Below are positions 57,206 through 64,000 of a stretch of 64,000 nucleotides of DNA, one piece after another (position 1 is the first letter of the stretch; each line of letters begins with the position of its first letter). Below the pieces are notes generated by a model. That model searched no databases and was not told the DNA's origin. It saw nothing but the letters and a program-made list of their open reading frames with translations. Source of the DNA: Candidatus Poribacteria bacterium (lineage in GTDB: Bacteria > Poribacteria > WGA-4E > WGA-3G); NCBI GenBank assembly GCA_965205015.1, contig OZ242029.1, positions 2,016,001 to 2,080,000 of the forward strand, given 5' to 3'. The position numbers and the translations under genes were made by a program.

Positions 57206-57790
57206 CTAAACGTTGCTTGCATCTACATACGGTTTGAGCAAAGTTCGGAGCTTTTTACGCGCATAGTGCAAGCGGGAACGGACTGTGCCTTCGGAGCAGT
57301 TGAGAATTGAAGCGATCTCCGCGTGCGTTAACCCTTCAAATTCATGAAGAATAACAACTGTCCGATGTTTCAGTGAGAGGCTATTGACTGCTTTTGTGAC
57401 ATGGTGTCGCAGTTCAGCTTTTTCAGCATGGGCATGTGGGTCATTGGCGACTTGCGCACGGTATCGCGTGACCGCCTCATACTCTGATTCCGATGCCGTT
57501 TCAAGTGTAGTCACTCGCTGACGCTCTCTACGTTTGACAAAGTTCAGGGCTTCATTGACCGCTATTCGGTAGAGCCACGTCTCAAAAGCCGCATCCTTCC
57601 GAAACGTCCGAATTGAGCGATATACCTTAATAAAGGTCTCTTGCATGACATCGTCGGCATCCGCGTGGTTCTTGGTGATCTGCATCGCCAGACGGTAGAC
57701 CATCCGCTTATATTTTTCCACCAACGGTGCCAATGCTGTCTCGTCGCCTTCACAAAGATCGGCAATGAGCAAGGCTTCAGTTCTTTCCAC
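57206..57790 (-). CDS. ECF-type RNA polymerase sigma-70 factor
   Basis: DADDVMQETF, FETWLYRIAVN, EGLTHAEIA.IL....GTVRSRLH. Confidence 0.95.
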   Translation of the reverse strand: MERTEALLIADLCEGDETALAPLVEKYKRMVYRLAMQITKNHADADDVMQETFIKVYRSIRTFRKDAAFETWLYRIAVNEALNFVKRRERQRVTTLETASESEYEAVTRYRAQVANDPHAHAEKAELRHHVTKAVNSLSLKHRTVVILHEFEGLTHAEIASILNCSEGTVRSRLHYARKKLRTLLKPYVDASNV

Positions 57791-57936
57791 CGAACTTTCT
57801 CCTTCAGGTTTCTAACGGATTAATGGGTTAGACAACGCCTTTTTGAAAACCGTTCAAAAAAATAAGACACTTTATACGCTATTATAGCACTATTCCGAAA
57901 ATTGTGTAAAGAAAAAATATTTAGCAGTCAGCCATT

Positions 57937-57971
57937 AAAAAAAGGGCAACGTATTAAAAATACGCCGCCCT
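57937..57971 (-). terminator. Rho-independent terminator of the Ig-like lipoprotein gene
   Basis: agggc..cgtatt/aatacg..gccct stem with A-tract. Confidence 0.6.
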
Positions 57972-57993
57972 CTTTGTTGAAATAGCCTCAAAT

Positions 57994-58644
57994 TTACTCT
58001 TTACCCTTGGTTACAAAGGTTACACTGACATCCGTAGAGTTGCCAGCAGCGTCTGAGACTTTACCTGCGACAACATAGGTTGTCTCGTTGCCAATCTCTT
58101 TGCCTTTGACGACTTCAAGCGTCGCTTTGTTGCCTTCGACTTTGCCGAGCCAACCGACATCATCGCCGCCTTCGGTCTGCAGCGCGATGTTACCAGAGAC
58201 ATCTTCACTGAACTCGATCTCGATCTTCCCATCGGTATTGATGGCTTCGGGATCAACATCCTTGTCCCCGTCTTTGACGGTGCCACCAGTGACTGTGGGC
58301 GCATCGATATCCGGTGCGGTGACCGTATAGTTCAGTGCCTGGGTTCCATCAGCCCACGTGACCGTCAATGCGAGCGGACCCGGGGTGAAAGGACCCGTAA
58401 TAGTCGCTGTCTTACCTGCGACTGTGACAGTACCAGCACTTACCGTGACATCGGCGGGTGCGTTGTCAAAGGTAACCGTAATGCTTCCATTCGCGGCAAT
58501 CTCACCACCCGGCGGGGTTGCACTTACGAAATTAGCTGGTGCAGCTGTGTCGTCTGTTTCTTCACCGCCACCACAGCCGACTATCAGCGAAACGGCGAAC
58601 ATGCCTGCCAGCAATAAAGCGAAAGTTCTAAACAATTTTGTCAT
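57994..58644 (-). CDS. Lipoprotein with two bacterial Ig-like domains
   Basis: AAGGAG RBS; lipobox IVGC; D..APTV...IEIEFSEDV...V.DAAGN. Confidence 0.8.
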   Translation of the reverse strand: MTKLFRTFALLLAGMFAVSLIVGCGGGEETDDTAAPANFVSATPPGGEIAANGSITVTFDNAPADVTVSAGTVTVAGKTATITGPFTPGPLALTVTWADGTQALNYTVTAPDIDAPTVTGGTVKDGDKDVDPEAINTDGKIEIEFSEDVSGNIALQTEGGDDVGWLGKVEGNKATLEVVKGKEIGNETTYVVAGKVSDAAGNSTDVSVTFVTKGKE

Positions 58645-59211
58645 TAGAGTTAACTCCTTAAATTGTAAAGTTTATCAAAATACACCCTTCGGATAGGGTG
58701 TTCTAACAACTTTCGGTCCTTTCCCAGAGACGCTTGCAAAAGCGCTCGGGAAAGTCGGTTTCGGGTACGTTGCTGCTTGTACAATTCAGCAACGCCTTGA
58801 AACCTATGATCATATTCTCGTTAAGTCAAGTAAAACGTAAGGCTATTTCGTTTGTTGTTCTCTCCGCAGTGCGTAAAGAACAAACCGACACGTTGAGAAC
58901 AGAATTCCACGGGGGCAGTTTACAGAGGAAAACACCATTGGATTGTTGTACCCCTCGCCCGAAAGTCAATATCTATCTAAACGAGTACCTTAAAGTTTAG
59001 CAAAAATTGCAAACTTTGTAAAGGTAAAATTACGGATTTTCCCAAAATTATATGAAAATTAGTCTCTTTTGTCAAGAGAAAACTTCATTTTTTTGTAAAT
59101 TTACCATAAATTTTAACGGTGTCAAGAAAAAATTGGTACATGTACTCGTAAAATCAAGTTTAAGGACATTATATAGTATATCACATATTGAAAAGAAAAG
59201 CAATTTTTTTT

Positions 59212-59330
59212 ACTGGCTATCGGCTTTCAGCGAAGAAGGTTTTCGTTTAACGATACCCTCTTAACTGACTGCTGAAAGGGTTTTCGTAGCAAACCCTCTT
59301 TGTCGACAGCCGACGGCTGATTGCCGACTG
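59212..59330. repeat. Heptamer-array intergenic element (same family as 2691-2830 and 7588-7647)
   Basis: ggctatcggctttcagc ... ctcttaactgactgctg ... cgacagccgacggctgattgccgactg; core gttttcgtttaacg is nearly the reverse complement of tgttaaacgaaaat near 7597. Confidence 0.6.
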
Positions 59331-60293
59331 CTATTCTTCAAACAATCCCATCTGTTCACTCGCGACTCCACTCGCATACCTTTCAAGTCGTTCTGGATGT
59401 GTTAGCACATCAATCACTTTGTCAACCTCGGTCGGTGTGAAAGGAAACGCCCCTGTCCCTATCAACTCTTGTGGTCCTTCACGTTGCGCGTGCGCTGTAT
59501 CCCAGCGACATGCGAGTACTGATCTGTCCTGACGCTGCGCATACCGTGCTGTATGCATCGCACCGCCGGTCTTTCGCGCCTCAATTACAATGGTTGCTAT
59601 GGAAAGCCCGCTGATAATACGGTTTCTCTGCACAAGGTTGCCGGGTGACGGGGCTGTCGGGAAGGGATGCTCTGAAAACAGGCAGCCATGCTCATAAATC
59701 TTCATGGCAAGTGGGTTGTTCCGTCCGGGATAGATAGAAGACAGGTCCGTTCCGACAACGCCAACCGTCTTGCCCATCCCCGCGAGCGCCCCCGAGTGTG
59801 CATACGTATCAATACCAGTTGCTAACCCACTGACAACCGTAAATCCGGCGAGCACGAGTTGCGTCGCCAGCGAAAGGGTGAGTTCAATCCCCGCTATGCT
59901 CGGCTGCTGACTCCCCACAATCGAGACACACCGATCACCGATGTCCGTGAGTGTGCCGACGCTACAGAGAATTCCGGGGGCATCGGGTAGATTTTTGAGT
60001 TGTGCCGGATAGTCTGAATCTTCAAGGCACATTACCCTGACCTCCTGATCTTCGAGGGCATCGAGTCTCTCACGAAAGGTCGGAAAGTTACCGGATACTG
60101 TGAGGATACGAGATGCGAGAACGGGGTTGAAGGAGGGTAACCGCGCAATTTCGGGGAGTTCCGCTTCAAAAATTGCCTCGGCGCTACCGAAACGCGCGAT
60201 CAACCGTCGAATCCGCACGCTACCGAGTCCCTCAACAGATGCAAGTGCCAGCCAGTATTCAAGGGGGGTGTTCCTTTTTTCCGAATGTGTCAT
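59331..60293 (-). CDS. dprA: DNA-processing protein DprA
   Basis: SIVGS, VVSGLATGIDTYAH, RNRIISGLS, IEA...GGAMHTA; ATG 60293 preferred. Confidence 0.9.
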   Translation of the reverse strand: MTHSEKRNTPLEYWLALASVEGLGSVRIRRLIARFGSAEAIFEAELPEIARLPSFNPVLASRILTVSGNFPTFRERLDALEDQEVRVMCLEDSDYPAQLKNLPDAPGILCSVGTLTDIGDRCVSIVGSQQPSIAGIELTLSLATQLVLAGFTVVSGLATGIDTYAHSGALAGMGKTVGVVGTDLSSIYPGRNNPLAMKIYEHGCLFSEHPFPTAPSPGNLVQRNRIISGLSIATIVIEARKTGGAMHTARYAQRQDRSVLACRWDTAHAQREGPQELIGTGAFPFTPTEVDKVIDVLTHPERLERYASGVASEQMGLFEE

Positions 60294-60544
60294 ATCTATT
60301 TGCACTTCCAGAGCCTGTTTTGTTGATACCTTAATATATAATGCATAACGCAAGTTGCCGCTTACAAAGTTTGGACGCTTCAATAAGGGGCGGTTGGAGT
60401 TCGCTCACGCCGTAGGAGTGCTATATCTATGAAAACCTACGTTTAAATAAAGTATAACACACTATCAAGATAGATGTCAAATTTACGTCTTAACACGCCC
60501 TCCACTACGGACACCTGCCCTTAGCATCCTTCGGGAAAAACAAA

Positions 60545-60574
60545 TTGACACGCCTTCTTGATTAAAGGTATACT
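60545..60574 (+). promoter_or_regulatory. Sigma70 promoter of livG-livF
   Basis: TTGACA-18 nt-TATACT. Confidence 0.65.
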
Positions 60575-60610
60575 TTAAGGGCAGACAATTGAACGCTGTA
60601 GGAGAGAAAA

Positions 60611-61393
60611 ATGCAAAATACCCCCGTACGCCTGCTTTCAACAAATGGGATCAGTCGGCATTATGGTGGGGTCATCGCCTTGTCCGAAGTGACAATGGCG
60701 GTACACCCCGGGCAAATCTTCAGCTTGATTGGACCGAACGGGGCAGGAAAAACGACGCTCTTTAACTGTGTTACGGGTTTGGATAGACCAACATTTGGCA
60801 CCGTTGAGTTCTTGGGCGAATCTATTACAGGTCTTCGTCCAGACCAAGTTACGAAACTCGGTATCGGTAGGACCTTTCAGAACATACGACTCTTCGCAGA
60901 ACTCACAGTTCTTGATAACGTTAAGATCGGGAGGCATCCCCGCACAGCCAGCACATTTGTCGGTGCAGTCTTCCGCACGAATCGGCAGAAAAGTGAGGAA
61001 GAGGAGATCGCCGCCCGCGCACAGGATATGCTTGAATTTGTCGGGTTAGACAACATCAGCGACCAGACGGCAGGAAACCTCTCCTACGGGGACCAACGAC
61101 GCGTCGAAATTGCCAGAGCTTTGGCGACTGAACCGAAACTCCTGCTCCTTGATGAACCTGCCGCTGGAATGAACCCTCAAGAGACACAGGAGCTTATCGA
61201 CCTTATCTACGCCATACGAGAGCAAGGTGTCACCGTGCTGCTCATCGAACACGATGTAAAACTGGTGATGCAAATCTCCGATTGGGTCACAGTGTTAGAC
61301 CACGGCGAAAAAATCAGCGAAGGCGTACCCTCGGACGTGCAGAACGACGAACGCGTCATTGAGGCATACTTAGGAACTTCTGACGATGCTTGA
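60611..61393 (+). CDS. livG: Branched-chain amino acid ABC transporter ATPase
   Basis: GPNGAGKTT, GRTFQNIRLF, LSYGDQRRVEIARAL, DEPAAG. Confidence 0.92.
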   Translation: MQNTPVRLLSTNGISRHYGGVIALSEVTMAVHPGQIFSLIGPNGAGKTTLFNCVTGLDRPTFGTVEFLGESITGLRPDQVTKLGIGRTFQNIRLFAELTVLDNVKIGRHPRTASTFVGAVFRTNRQKSEEEEIAARAQDMLEFVGLDNISDQTAGNLSYGDQRRVEIARALATEPKLLLLDEPAAGMNPQETQELIDLIYAIREQGVTVLLIEHDVKLVMQISDWVTVLDHGEKISEGVPSDVQNDERVIEAYLGTSDDA

Positions 61394-62090
61394 ACTTCGG
61401 AACATTCATACCTATTACGGGAACATACGCGCCGTTCGCGGCATTTCCATCACTGTCAACGCGGACGAGATGGTCTGCCTCATTGGTGCCAACGGTGCCG
61501 GAAAATCGACAACGCTCATGACAACCTCGGGAATACATACCCCTGTTGAAGGCAGTATACACTTTGATGGCAATGACATCACAACAACATCGGCAGAAGA
61601 ACGCGTCAGCCTCGGCATCTCACAGGTCCCGGAGGGACGACTCATCTTTCCGGATATGAGCGTCCGTGAAAACCTCGAACTCGGTGCCTATTCGAGGACC
61701 GACAAAAGCGGCATCAGAGACGATTTAGACAGAATCTTTCAGTTTTTCCCCGTCCTACACAACCGGCAGAAACAGCGTGGCGGCAGTCTCAGCGGTGGCG
61801 AGCAACAGATGCTCGCAATCGGACGCGCCCTGATGTCCAAGCCGAAACTTCTCTTGTTGGACGAACCCTCCTTAGGACTCGCGCCGCTGATCGTCAAACA
61901 GATTTTCGAGATCGTCCAGCAGATTAACGCTGACGGCACAACCATCCTCCTCGTCGAGCAGAACGCACAAATCGCACTGCAAGTGACCAATAGAGGCTAC
62001 GTCATGGAGACGGGTGAAATTACAATTGAAGGCACCTCTGCCGACCTGTTAGCCGACGAGCGCGTGCGACAAGCGTACCTCGGAGAATGA
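61386..62090 (+). CDS. livF: Branched-chain amino acid ABC transporter ATPase
   Basis: GANGAGKST, VPEGR, LSGGEQQM, DEPSLGLAP, VEQNA. Confidence 0.93.
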   Translation: MLELRNIHTYYGNIRAVRGISITVNADEMVCLIGANGAGKSTTLMTTSGIHTPVEGSIHFDGNDITTTSAEERVSLGISQVPEGRLIFPDMSVRENLELGAYSRTDKSGIRDDLDRIFQFFPVLHNRQKQRGGSLSGGEQQMLAIGRALMSKPKLLLLDEPSLGLAPLIVKQIFEIVQQINADGTTILLVEQNAQIALQVTNRGYVMETGEITIEGTSADLLADERVRQAYLGE

Positions 62091-62147
62091 AAATATGTTT
62101 GACACCCACGCGCGAATATGGTTTACTATACGCCAAGGAGATGCCCC

Positions 62148-62588
62148 ATGAAAACATGCTTTTTTTTCTCTATCCTCTTTTGTATAATTACGGTGCCTGC
62201 TTTCGGTGCGCTAACCGATGCTGACTTTGATAAGATCCGCTTGATCGTCAAAGAGGAAGTCAAGGCAGAGATTGAGAGTTCTGAAAAACGGATGAAAACA
62301 TATATTGATACCAAAATTGAGGCGGTTAATGTCAAAATTGATGCTGTTAATACCAAAGTTGATGGCGTTGAGGAACGTTTGGGTAACAGAATTGATAGCG
62401 TTGAGAAACAGATGACGTTCCTGCTGAATGTCATCTATGGATTGATCGCCTTGATTATCATAGCGATAGGTATCCCACAAGTCATCATAGGATGGCGGAG
62501 CAAAAGAGACCACTCGCTTGAAAATCGGATAGAAACGCTCACACAAGAGATCGAAACCCTCAAACGACAGCACATCGTCAAACCCTAA
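62148..62588 (+). CDS. Hypothetical coiled-coil membrane protein
   Basis: AAGGAG RBS; signal peptide, KIDAVN repeats, C-terminal TM. Confidence 0.75.
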   Translation: MKTCFFFSILFCIITVPAFGALTDADFDKIRLIVKEEVKAEIESSEKRMKTYIDTKIEAVNVKIDAVNTKVDGVEERLGNRIDSVEKQMTFLLNVIYGLIALIIIAIGIPQVIIGWRSKRDHSLENRIETLTQEIETLKRQHIVKP

Positions 62589-62595
62589 CAAACAG

Positions 62596-63438
62596 ATGTA
62601 TCCAACACTTATTGATTTCGGTCCCTTTGGTATCCATTCTTACGGATTGATGTTAGCCACGGCGTTTATTACAGTCGTCTTTGTTATACAATCCGAGTTA
62701 AAGCGCCGCGGTTTTGTCCCGGAACTCGCCTCGACGATCGTCATGGCTGCAGCGATCGGTGGCATTGTCGGCGCGAAAATCTATTATGTGTTACTCGACG
62801 GTCAAATCACTTTCCACGAACTCTTCTCAACGGGCGGGTTAGTCTGGTATGGCGGTTTCATCGGTGGATGTCTCGCCGTTATTATCGTGGTGCTCCGTTC
62901 TCCGAACCCGTTCTTACCTACAATTGACATCGTCGGTCCGACAGTCGTCCTTGGATACGGTATCGGGCGGATCGGGTGTTTCCTCGCGGGGGATGGCGAC
63001 TACGGACCCCCGTCAGATCTACCTTGGGCAATGGCGTTCCCGAACGGCACTGTCCCGACCGATGTTCCTGTCCATCCGACGCCTATATATGAGACGCTGA
63101 TGGCATTCACATTTTTCGGTATTCTCTGGTCGCAACGCCGTAAGTTTGAGTCGACGCCCGGTGCACTGTTCGGTGCGAGTCTGGTCGCGTTGGGGGTGGA
63201 GCGGTTTATTGCCGAGTTTTGGCGGCTCACACCGCGCGTCCTTGGATGGGTGTCAGCGGCGCAACTCTTCAGTATCGCGGCATTTGTTATGGGGATCGCG
63301 CTCATACTCTGGATGCGCAACCGGCCTCGCGTAGCGGAAAGCGAAGGGAGCTACCTCGCCGATGAAACCGGCGGCGGTGAAGGTCAGAAGTCGCGTCAAC
63401 AGCGTAGACGTGGCAGACGCCGCCAACGCCGGGGTTGA
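62596..63438 (+). CDS. lgt: Prolipoprotein diacylglyceryl transferase
   Basis: HSYGLM, GGLVWYGG, GRIGCFLAGD, HPTPIYE, RFIAEFWR. Confidence 0.92.
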   Translation: MYPTLIDFGPFGIHSYGLMLATAFITVVFVIQSELKRRGFVPELASTIVMAAAIGGIVGAKIYYVLLDGQITFHELFSTGGLVWYGGFIGGCLAVIIVVLRSPNPFLPTIDIVGPTVVLGYGIGRIGCFLAGDGDYGPPSDLPWAMAFPNGTVPTDVPVHPTPIYETLMAFTFFGILWSQRRKFESTPGALFGASLVALGVERFIAEFWRLTPRVLGWVSAAQLFSIAAFVMGIALILWMRNRPRVAESEGSYLADETGGGEGQKSRQQRRRGRRRQRRG

Positions 63439-63480
63439 CAACCCTTATATACCTTAATATATAGAGGACCCTGAAAAAAC

Positions 63481-64000
63481 GTGCAAACAAAACGGATCTG
63501 TCTCTGGTCGGGACCGCGGAACGTCTCAACCGCACTGATGTACGCCTTCGCACAACGCAGCGATACCGAGGTCATTGACGAACCCCTCTATGCGCACTAT
63601 CTCTACACAAAATACGGGTCCCAGGCTCTCAAGAGTACACATCCCGCCACAGCGGAGGTGATGGCGTCCATGTCAACAGATGCCGGACACGTCATTGAAA
63701 AGGTGATCTTGGGTCCCTGTGAGAAACCCGTGCTTTTCATGAAACAGATGGCGCACCACCTCATCAACATCGACCTAAGTTTCCTCCAACACACCCACAA
63801 CGTCCTGCTCATCCGAGATCCACGAGAAATGCTCCCGTCTCTTGCAAAGATCATCGGGACACCCACACTCGCCGATACCGGGCTTAAAACACAATATGAT
63901 CTCTTAACCGACCTACGCGCCGCGGGGCACTCCCCTCCGATTCTCGACGCTCGACTCCTATTGGAAAACCCCTCCCCTGTTTTATCGCAATTGTGTGAGC
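63481..64000 (+). CDS. Sulfotransferase-family protein, 3'-truncated by the window end (absent from the ORF track)
   Basis: GTG 63481: MQTKRICLWSGPRNVSTALMYAFAQRSDTEVIDEPLYAHYL...KQMAHH...LIRDP; open to the end. Confidence 0.85.
   Translation, partial: MQTKRICLWSGPRNVSTALMYAFAQRSDTEVIDEPLYAHYLYTKYGSQALKSTHPATAEVMASMSTDAGHVIEKVILGPCEKPVLFMKQMAHHLINIDLSFLQHTHNVLLIRDPREMLPSLAKIIGTPTLADTGLKTQYDLLTDLRAAGHSPPILDARLLLENPSPVLSQLCE

Noticed and set aside
58720-58800. c-di-AMP (ydaO) riboswitch
   Set aside because: Only fragments (gttgctgaat, cccgaaaccgac on the minus strand) resemble it; the central conserved elements are missing
375-63866. Numerous short antisense or alternate-frame ORFs in the track (e.g. 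17295-17996, 23819-24487, 51625-52362, 53266-53964, 63603-63866)
   Set aside because: Shadow ORFs overlapping well-supported genes, with no recognisable motifs

Overview
Bacterial chromosomal window. The gene repertoire (Uma2, fused MNT-HEPN, PhyH, Gfo/Idh/MocA, DUF6785-like, giant TPR, DUF4398-OmpA, heptamer intergenic repeats) suggests a diderm organism such as Candidatus Poribacteria; this is inference only. Positions 382-13071 hold a heavy-metal (probably Cu/Ag) efflux cluster: Cys-rich leader ORF ending in an RGPP ribosome-arrest-like motif, outer-membrane barrel, His/Met-rich YHS-like protein, two TolC-family OMFs, CusB-like adaptor, CusA-like RND pump, second small barrel, and an FMN-binding/cytochrome b562-like fusion. 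The ORF track truncates the barrel gene. Its frame really starts at ATG 997 with a signal peptide and has an in-frame TGA (1081-1083) in a C-P-A-[UGA] (CxxU) motif followed by a SECIS-like hairpin, making it a candidate outer-membrane selenoprotein. The rest of the window contains metabolic genes; a TA/defence-like patch (17.9-23.9 kb, including an unannotated TAG-interrupted gene); a sulfite reductase-TusA fusion with an unknown protein and MoeB, split by a TA pair; a histidine kinase with a PorX-like REC-PglZ regulator; rng-rplU-rpmA; guaA; ECF sigma/anti-sigma/TPR; dprA; livGF; lgt; and a sulfotransferase-family gene running off the end. No rRNA, tRNA, CRISPR array or transposase was recognised.
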